Assembly (NCBI GenBank): GCA_035308965.1
Contig: DATGFN010000015.1
Span: 121,762 to 185,761, forward strand
DNA length: 64,000 bases
Direction of reading: 5' to 3'
DNA from: Terriglobia bacterium
GTDB taxonomy: Bacteria > Acidobacteriota > Terriglobia > UBA7540
Under the pieces are notes generated by a model. It searched no databases, was not told the origin of the DNA, and was given only the letters and a program-made list of their open reading frames with translations. Position 1 is the first letter of the stretch. Each line of letters starts with the position of its first letter. This document shows, one piece after another, positions 1-10,506 of this stretch. Made by a program: the position numbers and the translations under genes.

Positions 1-978
1 CTGGCCCGGACATTCCCGGACGCTGATGTCGATTGGGTGGTTGAGGCTCGATACGCCGTCCTGCTGGAAGGAAACCCTTGGGTGAAACGAGTGGTGAAGC
101 TGGACACGCTGGGGTGGCGCAGCAACCTTTCTTCATCCGCAGTAATCGAAAAGGTGGCAAGGGGTATAGCCCTGCTCCGCGAAACAACATACGACGCGGT
201 GCTGGATTTCCAGGGACTGATCAAATCCGCCATCATTTCCAAGGTCAGCCGTTCGCAGCGCAGGCTCGGATTTGCGGAGAATTGGCTGCGGGAGCCAGCG
301 GCGGGAATGTTTTATGACGAGAGCGTGGCGCCGCGTGACCGCCGGCACATTATCGAGATGAACTTTGCCCTGGCCGAGCACCTTGGCGCCCGCAATCCTG
401 GACCGGCTGAGTGGGAATTCCCTTTGCCCGGGAATCAATCCGATGATTCGTATATTGAGAAACAGCTTTCGGAAATCGATGCCAAAGATTTCCTGGTCAT
501 AAATCCGGGTGGAGGATGGCAGGCCAAGCGCTGGGCGCCCCGAAGGTATGCGGAAATCATTCGCCGTCTCGACGCCGAATGTAGTGGAAAAATTATCCTG
601 ACCGGATCGCCGGAAGAAGAAGCACTGGTCCGGGAAATTCTGAATCTTGCAAATTCAACAAGGGCGCACTACATACCTTCTACCCTCGTCCAACTTATCG
701 CTCTGGTCAGGCGTGCGCGGCTCTTCTTGAGCGGAGACACCGGCCCAATGCACCTGGCCGCCGCCGTACGCGCCCCTATCGTTGCCATATTTGGATCCAC
801 GGACCCTTTGAATACCCCTGAGCGCAATGGACCATTTAGTCCAGCGGACATTATGCTCTCCAATGGTCACCCGCTGTCATTTTCGCGCGAAATCAAGACG
901 CCCCATTACATCGAGGGTGTTTCCACAGAGGCTGTGTTCATGGCCGTTCGAGAACGTTTGGCGAGGGCGCATGCCTGA
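1..978 (+). CDS. ADP-heptose:LPS heptosyltransferase (glycosyltransferase family 9); 5' end lies outside the window
   Basis: The frame is open from nt 1 (LARTFPDADVDWVVEARYAV...). GT9 hallmarks are present: VINPGGGWQAKRWAP, GDTGPMHLAAAV and IVAIFGSTDP. TGA stop at 976-978. Confidence 0.8.
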   Translation: MARTFPDADVDWVVEARYAVLLEGNPWVKRVVKLDTLGWRSNLSSSAVIEKVARGIALLRETTYDAVLDFQGLIKSAIISKVSRSQRRLGFAENWLREPAAGMFYDESVAPRDRRHIIEMNFALAEHLGARNPGPAEWEFPLPGNQSDDSYIEKQLSEIDAKDFLVINPGGGWQAKRWAPRRYAEIIRRLDAECSGKIILTGSPEEEALVREILNLANSTRAHYIPSTLVQLIALVRRARLFLSGDTGPMHLAAAVRAPIVAIFGSTDPLNTPERNGPFSPADIMLSNGHPLSFSREIKTPHYIEGVSTEAVFMAVRERLARAHA

Positions 979-1534
979 CGCTTATGCAGCCTGGGCCGCA
1001 CGTTGGCGAGTGCCTCTGGGATTTGTGCTAGGTATTGCTTTTGTATTTCTGTCCCACCCGACGTCAAGTTTCTTACCCGCTGGCGCAATCATCGCTTTTC
1101 TGGGACTCTCGCTGCGGGCTTATGCCGCGGGCTATTTGGAAAAAAGCCGGGAGTTGGCGACCAGTGGGCCTTATCGCTATACGCGCAACCCTCTCTACCT
1201 CGGGAGTTTTTTTATAGGCCTGGGCTTCGCGGTTGCGGGCCGCTCTTGGGTCTTAGGACTGATCTTTGTCTGCTTCTTCATCCTGATTTATGGGCCGGTA
1301 ATGCGGCGCGAGGAGTTTTCTTTGCGGCGCCAATTTGGCGAGGCTTACGACCGCTACGCGAATAGCGTGGCGCTGTTTCTCCCAACTTTCATAATTTCAT
1401 CAAACGCGCCCAAGGACTCTGCCCTCCAGGATGGGTTCCGATGGGAACGGTACTGGAGGAACCACGAATATGAGGCAGCGCTAGGTTATCTCTGTGGATT
1501 GGTTTTTCTGGTGATAAAACTTCGAATGCGGTAA
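971..1534 (+). CDS. ICMT/PEMT-family membrane methyltransferase (isoprenylcysteine carboxyl methyltransferase-like)
   Basis: Carries the YRYTRNPLYLGSF motif typical of the ICMT/PEMT family and several TM helices. The ATG at 971 overlaps the upstream stop (ATGCCTGA), so the longer track ORF from 827 is an upstream extension. Confidence 0.6.
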   Translation: MPDAYAAWAARWRVPLGFVLGIAFVFLSHPTSSFLPAGAIIAFLGLSLRAYAAGYLEKSRELATSGPYRYTRNPLYLGSFFIGLGFAVAGRSWVLGLIFVCFFILIYGPVMRREEFSLRRQFGEAYDRYANSVALFLPTFIISSNAPKDSALQDGFRWERYWRNHEYEAALGYLCGLVFLVIKLRMR

Positions 1535-1584
1535 ATTATTGATGAAGCTGCCTTTCTGCTTCGCGCGCCGTCTAACCGAAAGCT

Positions 1585-2385
1585 ATGAATTTACGATTTT
1601 CCCGGATTGTTGGCGTCGGCATCGCCTTGCTCATTCTGGCTAATTCCAACCATGGCCGGGCACAGGCGCCCTCCCTACCTCCCTTCCCTCCCGGGGAAAC
1701 TCTAACCTACGACGTGGAGTGGTCAATCTTTACAGCCGGAAGCGTAGTGGCAAGGTTGGTCGACCCCGGACAGGGCGCCATGCCCTCGGAAATCAATACC
1801 ACCGCCCGTTCGCAAGGCTTCGCCTCCCTCTTGTTCAAGGTTCAAGATAGTTTCGATTCATTCTTCGAACCACGGACGCTTTGTTCCGGCCGGATCAGCA
1901 AGAAGATTAATGAGAACAGCCGTCACCGCGAGGTCGATATCGTCTTCAATGCTGAACGTGGCATTGCCTCGCGGGAAGAACGAGATTTGAATTCACCGAA
2001 TGCCCCGCCCAAACACGCGGAAACCAGGATTCCGGCCTGCGCCGAGGATATCGTCACTGCCTTCTATTTTCTCCGCCGTCATGACCTTCGCGTGGGGCAG
2101 GACGTTCACATGTCCCTGAATGATGGAGCCGAGTCCCACGATGTGACCGTCGAAGTTCAAGCGCTGGAGTCCATCCAGACTCCCCTCGGGAACCGGATGG
2201 CTTTTCGGCTGGAACCGAAAATCTTTGGAACGCTCTACAACAAGAAAGGGCGGCTTCTGGTTTGGATAAGCGACGACGACCAGCGCTTGCCTTTGCGGCT
2301 TAAGATGATCATATCGGTGGGCACGTTTACAGGGAATCTGCGATCGGTTACCACCGTTCCGGGAAACCGTGCGGCAACAAATTAG
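1585..2385 (+). CDS. secreted hypothetical protein (DUF3108-like)
   Basis: N-terminal signal peptide (MNLRFSRIVGVGIALLILANSNHGRAQA) on a 266-aa soluble domain. The LTYDVEWSIFTAGSV pattern resembles DUF3108. Confidence 0.4.
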   Translation: MNLRFSRIVGVGIALLILANSNHGRAQAPSLPPFPPGETLTYDVEWSIFTAGSVVARLVDPGQGAMPSEINTTARSQGFASLLFKVQDSFDSFFEPRTLCSGRISKKINENSRHREVDIVFNAERGIASREERDLNSPNAPPKHAETRIPACAEDIVTAFYFLRRHDLRVGQDVHMSLNDGAESHDVTVEVQALESIQTPLGNRMAFRLEPKIFGTLYNKKGRLLVWISDDDQRLPLRLKMIISVGTFTGNLRSVTTVPGNRAATN

Positions 2386-2532
2386 AATGGAAGAATTATT
2401 GAGCGGGTCGGGCACAAGGCTATCAACTTTTCCACCCACCGTACCGGCAATTATTATAATCTGAGGATCTGCGGAATAGGGGCGCCCCCCTTCAATTCTC
2501 CCGGGTTACCCCCCGACAACCGCGCCAAGGCC

Positions 2533-3480
2533 ATGCAACCCTCAACGCTTGTCGGGAAAATAGGGTACGCCAGCCATCAATGGCGGCATGTCCGCCAGGT
2601 TCTCGATGACTCGCTTTTGACCTTTCTGAAAGAGGATGCCCTGACTATATCGGCATCGATCGCCTACTTCGCCTTGCTCTCAATTTTCCCGATGCTGCTT
2701 CTCCTGGTGAGTCTTAGCGGAATCTATATCCGCCGTTTTGAACTGAACGGACAGCTCACCATGGTTCTTGAAAGTCTTCTGCCCATGCGGCCGGACTTCA
2801 TCATGAAGGAACTTATTCAAATTTCGAAAGGCTTTGGGCGGATTACTCTAATCTCCATCGCGCTCTTGTTTTGGAGCTCTTCCGGTGTGTTTCTACCCTT
2901 GGAGAGAGCGCTCGACCGGGCCTGGGAGGTGGAGAAAAGTCGCAGATGGTGGAAGAGTTATCTGGTGGCCTTTGAAATGGCCTTTCTCTTCGGTGCGTTC
3001 ATCCTTGTTTATGCCGGCGTGTTAAGTTTCAGCGTCTATCTCCAGGACAGTTCCTCTCACTGGGTGCAAATTCAAGCGATTCCGGTAGTGGTTGAATTCC
3101 TTTTCCGAGGCGGATTTGCCGTGCTCGCTTTCGGAATGACTCTGGGTGTATTCATTATCCTTTTCAAACGGCTTCCCAACCGTTATCTGCCCATCGGCAA
3201 GGTTCTTCCCGGGGCCTTTCTAACCGCGCTTTTTTGGGAAGGCGCGCGCACCTTGTTCACCTTATTCCTTCCCCGCTTCAATTACAGCCACATCTATGGG
3301 TCGGTGGGTGTGGTGGTAGCCCTCATGACATGGCTTTACGTTTCCTCGGTGGTCACGCTGTTTGGCGCGCATGTTTCACACAACTTGTACAAGACGTTGA
3401 AAGAGCCGGCGCCCACGGATGCGGCAACCGTACCTCCGCTAGTCGAATCCCACGTTCAATCCGCCAGTGAAGTCCGGTAG
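2533..3480 (+). CDS. YihY/BrkB family inner-membrane protein
   Basis: The IAYFALLSIFPMLLLLVSL motif and a 6-TM topology are typical of the YihY/virulence-factor BrkB family. Confidence 0.7.
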   Translation: MQPSTLVGKIGYASHQWRHVRQVLDDSLLTFLKEDALTISASIAYFALLSIFPMLLLLVSLSGIYIRRFELNGQLTMVLESLLPMRPDFIMKELIQISKGFGRITLISIALLFWSSSGVFLPLERALDRAWEVEKSRRWWKSYLVAFEMAFLFGAFILVYAGVLSFSVYLQDSSSHWVQIQAIPVVVEFLFRGGFAVLAFGMTLGVFIILFKRLPNRYLPIGKVLPGAFLTALFWEGARTLFTLFLPRFNYSHIYGSVGVVVALMTWLYVSSVVTLFGAHVSHNLYKTLKEPAPTDAATVPPLVESHVQSASEVR

Positions 3481-6143
3481 GGGTGAACGGAAATCGAGTC
3501 TCCCTGCATCTCAACGGTCACCGCGCCGTGAATGTCCGTCCCAAAGACTTGCGCGCCGCCCGTTCTGAGCCGCGCGAGCTCATCCAAGGCCTCCGGCTTC
3601 AATCCATCCCCCATTTCATCACTCACCAGGGCAACCCGCGGCGAAACACGATCCAGAAACCGGGAGGCGGGAGATGTTCGAAGTTGATAAATTCCAAGTC
3701 CTATTGTGTGGCTGGCGAGCGGCGCACCCGAAAGCAACAAGGCCTGTTCCATTTTTTCACTGATGCCCCCGGATAAAAGGACACTGGCCTCTCCACTCGA
3801 AACGCGAAGGACCATCGAGTTGTCGTGGGACTTGGAACGAGTCGAAGATTCCGGAACGAGATTTTGGGGCGGCCAAAGGATGGAGATGGATGATACTCCC
3901 CGTTCGAAGCGGTCCCCGGCTGCAACCTGCCGTGTCCTGATCCCGTGCTGCCGAACCTCCTCCAGCAAATCCCGGTAGGAGGCGGTGAGGGGATTATTTC
4001 CGTGCCAAAACTCTCCCACATCGAAATTGCGGACCACCGAGTCCAACCCATCGAGGCGTTCCTCACGAGAGTCGGTCAGGGCTAGAACGTCAATTCGGTC
4101 GATACCTCGCGACCATAAGTACGGTGAAACAATTTCTTCTCCCGGATCCCAACGCCGCCCATGAAAGGGCGCAGCATAGGGGCCCACGGCACGGCTGCCT
4201 CCGGCATCCAGCAATAGCGTGGTTCGATCGGGAAGCACCACAAAAATCGCGTCGCCCCCACCACAGTCGAGCGTGGTTACTTCAAGGACTCCGCTTGGAA
4301 TTCGAGGCGCAAAGGGATGAAGGGTAATTAACATGGCAAGACTCAGTTCTCCCCCGAGTGATGTCCAGAACAAACGCGGCTTGCGCCCCACGGTCAATGC
4401 CGCAAAAATGATGGATATCACAAAGCCCCACGCCACCCAGGTGGGAGGCTCCGGGACCCGGAACGATAACCAGGCCGGCAGTGAGGGCAAGTCAGTTAAG
4501 GCAAAAATTCCGCTCAAGATAAAATGCACCAATTTGGCCGGCCAGGCAGCAAGAAATGGCGAAATAGTACCCAGCAGAACCGTGGGTATGGCAACCGCCA
4601 GGAGAACCACCATGGCGGGAATCGCCATCGCGTTCAATCCAATTCCAGAAATTGCGACGCGATGGAATGTGATCGCCATGGGGAGCAACAAACCTATCTG
4701 AAGAATGGCGGAAAATAACAACATGCTTGCCGCCCACACCGCCAATCGGATGGGACCAGTTACCGCCAACGAAGCAATGGCCGGGTGGCGTTTGGCAAAA
4801 CCAATTCGTTCTTGCAGGCCCGAGATCAAACTCCGTAAATCGAGTCGAAATTGTGCCTGGCTTGGCGTAAATATAATGTCCAGCCCATCTTGGTCAATCC
4901 GCCCAAGCGCGCGCCGGTAGGGCTCCGTGGTCAACATGAGGACGGGAACGGCCAGGCCGGCAATCAGCAACGCCGCGGCGAAAGACAACTCAAACCCGGT
5001 TTCGAAAAGCCATTCCGGGCGGTAGAGCATCAGCACCAGTGCCGCGAACCCGATAGAGTTCAGAGCGCTGTGTTCGCGGTAGACGAGGCGGGCGACGAGA
5101 TAAACAAAAATCATTAGCAGGGCTCGCAGCGTGGGCGCCCGCTGTTCCACCAGCAATGCATATAGGAGCAGGAATGCCATGAGCAGCAGGGTTCTCCAAG
5201 TTTGTCCAAGACGAGTCCGGCGGAGGAGGAACGATGCGATCAGAGCCAGCAAACCAATGTGTAGACCGGCAATGACGAGCAAATGATAAAGCCCCGTCTT
5301 GCGGAAGTTTTCGATCGTATCGGAATCGAGCGACGCGCGTTCGCCCAGCAGCACGGCTTTCAAAACCGCGCCATCCCGCATCCCCACCGACCACGGCGGA
5401 TAAAGCGCATCAATGGATCCGGTCAAGCGCGCGTGGGCCTCCTCCAAAAGCCTGGAGATCCCCGGACGCTTGGTGTCTTTTATTTTTTCCACGCCAGGAG
5501 AACACTTGATGCTCCCCAGCCAGTAGACGTCTTCCATGGATTGCATCCAGTGGCAATAATCAAAGCTGCCGGGATTCTGATAAACTCGGGGCTTCTGCAC
5601 TCGAATCAAGGCCCGGATTGTGTCACCGCTCTGAAGATGAAGGGCGTTGAGGGCAGGCCAAGCCCCCGACCCTCCCGTGGCCTCCAAGCGCACGCGAATG
5701 GTACCCGTCCAGGGGCGGCGTACATTATGGTTCGCGGCGCTTATTACCTCAATAAACCTCGCGCCCAAATCGAATTGCAATCCGTACCGGGTACGAAATG
5801 GTCTTGAGACCAGAACACCTTCCATTCGCACCGGGTTGGCCAGATTGATCCCCGATGATTGGAGATAGCGAACATGGTTCGGCGGAAAGCGCGCTTCAAA
5901 CATCAACGAAGCGATGGCGCCCGCGACTGCAAATCCGAATAACGCGAACAAAAACGCGGGGACATGCTTTTCTACGTGCAAACACGCGAGGCCGAGAATC
6001 AAACAAATCCCGGCGGTGGCAAGGAGGCGAGAGACGATATAAATTATTTCAGTGGAAGAATTACCCTGCGGGTGGACTGAAAGGATTCCCAGTGCGAAAC
6101 AACCTGCCAAGACCAGCAAGGGACTTCGCATGGAGTGGGTCAT
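3456..6143 (-). CDS. comEC: DNA internalization competence protein ComEC/Rec2 (competence domain + metallo-beta-lactamase domain)
   Basis: 895-aa polytopic membrane protein with a central competence domain (LLVIAGLHIGLLA...) and a C-terminal MBL-fold region (VLALTDSREERLDG...). Confidence 0.8.
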   Translation of the reverse strand: MTHSMRSPLLVLAGCFALGILSVHPQGNSSTEIIYIVSRLLATAGICLILGLACLHVEKHVPAFLFALFGFAVAGAIASLMFEARFPPNHVRYLQSSGINLANPVRMEGVLVSRPFRTRYGLQFDLGARFIEVISAANHNVRRPWTGTIRVRLEATGGSGAWPALNALHLQSGDTIRALIRVQKPRVYQNPGSFDYCHWMQSMEDVYWLGSIKCSPGVEKIKDTKRPGISRLLEEAHARLTGSIDALYPPWSVGMRDGAVLKAVLLGERASLDSDTIENFRKTGLYHLLVIAGLHIGLLALIASFLLRRTRLGQTWRTLLLMAFLLLYALLVEQRAPTLRALLMIFVYLVARLVYREHSALNSIGFAALVLMLYRPEWLFETGFELSFAAALLIAGLAVPVLMLTTEPYRRALGRIDQDGLDIIFTPSQAQFRLDLRSLISGLQERIGFAKRHPAIASLAVTGPIRLAVWAASMLLFSAILQIGLLLPMAITFHRVAISGIGLNAMAIPAMVVLLAVAIPTVLLGTISPFLAAWPAKLVHFILSGIFALTDLPSLPAWLSFRVPEPPTWVAWGFVISIIFAALTVGRKPRLFWTSLGGELSLAMLITLHPFAPRIPSGVLEVTTLDCGGGDAIFVVLPDRTTLLLDAGGSRAVGPYAAPFHGRRWDPGEEIVSPYLWSRGIDRIDVLALTDSREERLDGLDSVVRNFDVGEFWHGNNPLTASYRDLLEEVRQHGIRTRQVAAGDRFERGVSSISILWPPQNLVPESSTRSKSHDNSMVLRVSSGEASVLLSGGISEKMEQALLLSGAPLASHTIGLGIYQLRTSPASRFLDRVSPRVALVSDEMGDGLKPEALDELARLRTGGAQVFGTDIHGAVTVEMQGDSISVHPYRTSLAD

Positions 6144-6315
6144 TCAATTCTTATTCCACCCGCCGGTGGGAAGCGGAATTACTCGCCAGTTTTGTTCAGT
6201 TAAGCAACGTGGCTACATTATTCAGATGATAAATGGAGAAATGTGGCGTCATGTTTGTGCGTCGCGCCAAGGACGGAGGCGGACCGTAGGAAGCATCGGA
6301 ACTTGACCCGGAATG

Positions 6316-7593
6316 CTAGGGCTTCTGCGCCGAAAGCCTGGCCACGCATTCAATGTGGTAAGTCTGCGGGAAAAAATCGAACATCTCGACCGAGTCCAAT
6401 GCGTAGCCGTGGGCTATGAGGAACCCAAGGTCACGGGCGAGAGTCGGCGGATGGCAACTGACATAGGTAATTCGCTGAGGACGTATTGCGCTGATGAGCT
6501 TCAGGGTGCTTGAGCCGACGCCAGCGCGCGGCGGATCAAGAACGACCAGGTCGGGTGCCGAGCGTGCGTACCGGCGCAAGAAATCAAAAACCGTATCCGC
6601 CACTGCGCGGACATTTTGAAGCAAATGCGCCTTCGCGTTCGCCGCCAGGTCGGCCGCCGCGGCTTGATTACCTTCCACAGCGACCACCTGCTCGAAATGC
6701 CGCGCCAACGGGAGTGACAACAGACCCACACCCGCGAAAAGATCGAGGGCGAGCCCGCCCCGCTCCGCCGCCGTGACGGATTTCACAAATTCCGGCAGCA
6801 GAAAGCGCGATGCCTGAAAAAACGATCCAGGGCTCACTCGATATTCAAAATCGCCCACACAATAATGCATGGCCGGTTCACCAAAGGTTCGCGGGCCGCT
6901 GCCGCCTTCGATGACCACGCTGGCCAAAGTCTTGCAGCGCTCCAGGCAATCTTTCGCCAAAGCTTCGCTCTCTTGTGCGCTGAAACTTCCGCGGAAGGTA
7001 ACTACTGCCCGCTGGTCACTATCGTCGGCGAGCAAGTCAATTTCGCGGCACGCCGTCAGCCGGCTGGACCACTCCGGCGGTCGAAGTTCGGCAACCATCG
7101 CATTGAGACAGGGCGAAAGAATGAGGCAGTTATCAATGGGGACAAGCTTGTGGGACTCGGCTTCAAAAAATCCCAACTCGACGCGCCCGCCGTCCGTGAA
7201 GGCTACTTTGAATTGGGCCTGGTTGCGGTAGTTCCACGGGCTTGCGGCATGGGAGGGAATTTCTGCGCTCCAAAAAATCTTCCCGATCCGCCGTAATGTT
7301 TCGCGCAGGATTTCGACCTTCGTCGCCGTCTGCATGTCGGAAGGAAAATGTTGGTACTGGCATCCTCCACAGCGTCCGAAGTATGGGCAAGGGGCGTCAA
7401 TACGCTCGGGCGCTGCGGCGAGAATCCGAAGAGGAAGGGCGTGCACCACCCCCTTGGCGGCACGAACTTCCTCAACCTCAAGTCTCTCGCCCGGCAGGGC
7501 ACGCGGTACAAAAATCACCCGGCCGAGGTGATGCCCGAGCGCGTCACCTCCGAAAACAAGTTTTTCCGCCGAGAATTCAAATGGCTGGCTCAT
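6316..7593 (-). CDS. rlmD: 23S rRNA (uracil-C5)-methyltransferase RlmD/RumA
   Basis: N-terminal TRAM domain, a Cys cluster (CPYFGRCGGCQYQH) and a class I SAM-methyltransferase core with the VLDPPRAG motif. Confidence 0.8.
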   Translation of the reverse strand: MSQPFEFSAEKLVFGGDALGHHLGRVIFVPRALPGERLEVEEVRAAKGVVHALPLRILAAAPERIDAPCPYFGRCGGCQYQHFPSDMQTATKVEILRETLRRIGKIFWSAEIPSHAASPWNYRNQAQFKVAFTDGGRVELGFFEAESHKLVPIDNCLILSPCLNAMVAELRPPEWSSRLTACREIDLLADDSDQRAVVTFRGSFSAQESEALAKDCLERCKTLASVVIEGGSGPRTFGEPAMHYCVGDFEYRVSPGSFFQASRFLLPEFVKSVTAAERGGLALDLFAGVGLLSLPLARHFEQVVAVEGNQAAAADLAANAKAHLLQNVRAVADTVFDFLRRYARSAPDLVVLDPPRAGVGSSTLKLISAIRPQRITYVSCHPPTLARDLGFLIAHGYALDSVEMFDFFPQTYHIECVARLSAQKP

Positions 7594-7620
7594 TCGCTTT
7601 TCAAATCAGAATCTTAGGCC

Positions 7621-8331
7621 TCACAAATAGAATAAGCTGAGTCGCGGCACGCCATAGTGTTCATATAACCGCTTCTTGAGAAATTGGCGCTCCAGGGATT
7701 CAATTTGTGGCGCGGTCATTTTCTGGCGATAACTCGCGAGGCCCCGGTCCACTTCCTTCCTCACCTCGGTCAGGAGATCTGTTGAGGCGGCACGAGTCAA
7801 AGCAGCCGTCAGTTTTTCTTCAAGGGCGGAGAGACGTTGTTCCAGATCTTCCAAATCCGCACCCATTTCATTTCGCCCCGCGATTTCATGAATCGCCTTT
7901 GCGACTTCCGCAAGGTCTCCCGCCAGCACTTGCTCTTTTCTCGTAAGACAGTCGGACGACGCCTTCCCGATCGCCACCGCGCTTTGATTGAGATAGGCGT
8001 TAATTTCCTCTGGCGCGAAAGGAGCCTTCTCGGAAACATGATGGGAAGAGCGCGCGCCGCTTTCCACCTGAGCAGCGTTTACCTCTTCAGCCGCCTGAAG
8101 CACAGCCTGGACACAGTAAGTCAGACCGTTAATTCTTCGGAACCGTTGGGGACGCTTGGCAAATTTCTGAAACGCGCGCTCGATGCCTGTCAGTGCGGCT
8201 TCCAGAGGGATACCGGCTTCCTTCCACGATTCGATGAGCGCCCAGTCCAGAGTGGAGAGAAGTGTGGGCGTGCCGCGACACCGGCGAAAACACTCCTCGA
8301 TTTCCGTGAAGTAGTTGAAGTAGTTTTCCAA
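7621..8331 (-). CDS. hypothetical protein with DnaD/DnaB_2-like N-terminal domain and C-terminal coiled coil
   Basis: The N-terminus (LSTLDWALIESWKEAGIPLEAALTGIERAF) matches the DnaD-domain signature LSPxExExIxxW...G. The C-terminal half is predicted coiled coil. Confidence 0.4.
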   Translation of the reverse strand: MENYFNYFTEIEECFRRCRGTPTLLSTLDWALIESWKEAGIPLEAALTGIERAFQKFAKRPQRFRRINGLTYCVQAVLQAAEEVNAAQVESGARSSHHVSEKAPFAPEEINAYLNQSAVAIGKASSDCLTRKEQVLAGDLAEVAKAIHEIAGRNEMGADLEDLEQRLSALEEKLTAALTRAASTDLLTEVRKEVDRGLASYRQKMTAPQIESLERQFLKKRLYEHYGVPRLSLFYL

Positions 8332-8363
8332 AGGGCTTTCAAGGGGTGAGAATAATGTGTTTC

Positions 8364-8468
8364 GGTATTTCAGTTTCTCAGTATTTCAGTGGGTCAGGTG
8401 ATCGGGCTACGGATAGTTCCGCCACTCGCGCGACTTAGAATTTCTTAACTGAGCAACTGAAATACTGA
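8364..8468. repeat. AT-rich intergenic palindrome (12-bp perfect inverted repeat CAGTATTTCAGT / ACTGAAATACTG with about 65-nt spacer)
   Basis: Read directly: tatttcagt occurs twice at 8366-8390 and its reverse complement at 8456-8467. It lies in the 160-bp gap below coaX. Confidence 0.6.
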
Positions 8469-8493
8469 CAACCTGAAGACCTTTCTTACCTTT

Positions 8494-9336
8494 TCACTTC
8501 TGACTCCTGTCCGTTGGCTGACGGACTGACTTCTGCCTTCTCTCTTCCATATTTCTCTCGTAAATAATCCGCAAGCCTTCCAGGGTCAAAGAAGCTTCAA
8601 CCGGGGGCTTGTATTTGGACGCGCCCGCCACTAGCGGGGCTTGTCCCCCTGTGGCAACCACTTTGGTTGCATTTCCCAAATCACGGCAGAGGCGGTCCAG
8701 GACGCCGTCCACCAGGCCCACGGCGCCATAGAACAGACCGGACTGCATGCTGCTGACGGTGTTGGTTCCGATCACGTGCTGAGGTTCGCGAATTTCGACG
8801 CGAGGCAGGCGGGCCGCCCTCTGGAAAAGCGCTTCCGCCGAGATCCCGATGCCGGGCGCGATGACTCCGCCCAGGTATTCACCTTTTTCCGACACCACGT
8901 CGAAAGTGATGGCCGTGCCAAAATCTACAATGACGCACGGACCTCCGTATTTCTCAAAGGCGGCCACGCTATTGGCAATGCGGTCCGCGCCCACTTCCAG
9001 AGGGTTGTCATAGTGGATCGCCATCCCCGTGCGGATCCCCGGCTCAAGGAAAAAGGCCTTGAGGCGAAAATATTTCACCGCCATCTCCTCCAGGAGAGTA
9101 TTGAGGGGCGGGACAACGCTCGCCACCATAATCGCGGATATTTGATCCGCTTGAATTCCTTCCAGAGAGAACAGGTTGCGAATCAGGATTCCGTATTCAT
9201 CGGCGGTTTGGGCGCGGTTGGTGGTCAATCGCCACTGGGCGAGCAGTTCCTTTTCCTCAAACACGCCGAGAACAGTATTGGTGTTTCCTACGTCGATTAC
9301 CAGGAGATTGGAGTTGGATTTTGGCATTTTAGTCAA
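8494..9336 (-). CDS. coaX: type III pantothenate kinase
   Basis: Contains LLVIDVGNTNTVLGVF and the acetate/sugar kinase fold motifs of CoaX/Bvg accessory factor. The conserved birA-coaX gene order is also present. Confidence 0.9.
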   Translation of the reverse strand: MTKMPKSNSNLLVIDVGNTNTVLGVFEEKELLAQWRLTTNRAQTADEYGILIRNLFSLEGIQADQISAIMVASVVPPLNTLLEEMAVKYFRLKAFFLEPGIRTGMAIHYDNPLEVGADRIANSVAAFEKYGGPCVIVDFGTAITFDVVSEKGEYLGGVIAPGIGISAEALFQRAARLPRVEIREPQHVIGTNTVSSMQSGLFYGAVGLVDGVLDRLCRDLGNATKVVATGGQAPLVAGASKYKPPVEASLTLEGLRIIYERNMEERRQKSVRQPTDRSQK

Positions 9337-9345
9337 AAGGTAAGC

Positions 9346-9462
9346 GGCAGGTAGAAGGTTGCATGTGGGCCAAAACTAGAAACCTTATCATCCAAAACTT
9401 CGAGCCATTTGGATTTCAAGTACGAATCTTGAAACCCGGCCCACATTCCACATGCCACCTGC
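9346..9462. repeat. imperfect long inverted repeat with AT-rich nested palindrome in coaX-birA intergenic region
   Basis: ggcaggt...gcatgtgggcc pairs with ggcccacat...acctgcc. The inner palindrome is tttcaag-tacgaat-cttgaaa. Confidence 0.5.
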
Positions 9463-9474
9463 CATCTTCCCCCC

Positions 9475-10467
9475 TCATTTTACTTCCAAAATTTCTCCTG
9501 AAACCAACGATTCCTCTTTTCCATCCTCGCGGCGGATGCGCAGCATCCCGCTCGGGTCCAAACCCGCCGTGACGGCCTGAAAATCCTCGCCGCTTGTCCG
9601 CACTCGGATCGTTTTCCCATCGGCGTAGGTCGAGGCTTTGGCCCAGGCGCGAAGAATCGGCGCGTTACCTTCGTTCTTCAGCAATTCGTAACTTCTCTCC
9701 AATTCTTTTAAGAGTCCAACCAGAATTTGCGCTCGGGAGTAACTTCTTCCGCCTTCGATGCGTAAAGACGTAGCCGTCGCCGTGAGTTCCGAGGGCATGG
9801 ATTTATTGTTCACATTCACGCCAATTCCCAACACCACATGGTGCAGGCGGCCCAACTCGGCGTTCATTTCCGTCAAAATCCCGCAAACCTTTTTACGGTT
9901 CACCAGCAAGTCGTTGGGCCAGCGAATGTCAACTTCAAGTCCGGTGGCGGCGGATAGCGCGCGATGGGCCGCCAAGCCCGCCATCAAAGTGAGCGCCGGA
10001 GCATCGGCGGGGGAAAGTTTCGGACGCAGGATGACCGAGGCGTAGATGCCGCTGGATTTTTCAGAAAACCACTTTCGTCCGAAGCGGCCTCGGCCCGCCG
10101 TTTGTTCTTCCGCCACCACCACGGTTCCCTCTGCAGCTCCCTCCACGGCCAGCGCCAGGGCGGTGTTATTGGTCGAGTCGATCCGGAAATAATGGATGAT
10201 CTTGTGGCCGATCTCGTTTTCGCCGAGCTCCGGTTGGATGAGGCTGGGCGCCAGGATGTCCGGCAGGGTGCGAAGCTGGTAGCCACTTGACGTGTGCCCC
10301 TGAATTTCAACGCCCAAAGCGCGGAGTTTTCCCACGTAATTCCACACGGTGGAACGGGTCACGCCGATCTGGGAGGCGATTTTGGGTCCGGGCAACACAA
10401 CGGTCGCATTCTTCACCAACACTGAAATCAGTTTGTCCATGCGGCGATCTGTGGCAGCCGTGCCCAT
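9475..10467 (-). CDS. birA: bifunctional biotin operon repressor / biotin--[acetyl-CoA-carboxylase] ligase BirA
   Basis: N-terminal HTH, the GRGRFGRKW motif and the BPL catalytic domain (ILTEMNAE...GIGVNVN). Confidence 0.85.
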   Translation of the reverse strand: MGTAATDRRMDKLISVLVKNATVVLPGPKIASQIGVTRSTVWNYVGKLRALGVEIQGHTSSGYQLRTLPDILAPSLIQPELGENEIGHKIIHYFRIDSTNNTALALAVEGAAEGTVVVAEEQTAGRGRFGRKWFSEKSSGIYASVILRPKLSPADAPALTLMAGLAAHRALSAATGLEVDIRWPNDLLVNRKKVCGILTEMNAELGRLHHVVLGIGVNVNNKSMPSELTATATSLRIEGGRSYSRAQILVGLLKELERSYELLKNEGNAPILRAWAKASTYADGKTIRVRTSGEDFQAVTAGLDPSGMLRIRREDGKEESLVSGEILEVK

Positions 10468-10506
10468 AGGATTTCATCGATAAATCTGCGGGGGAAATTG
10501 CAAGAG

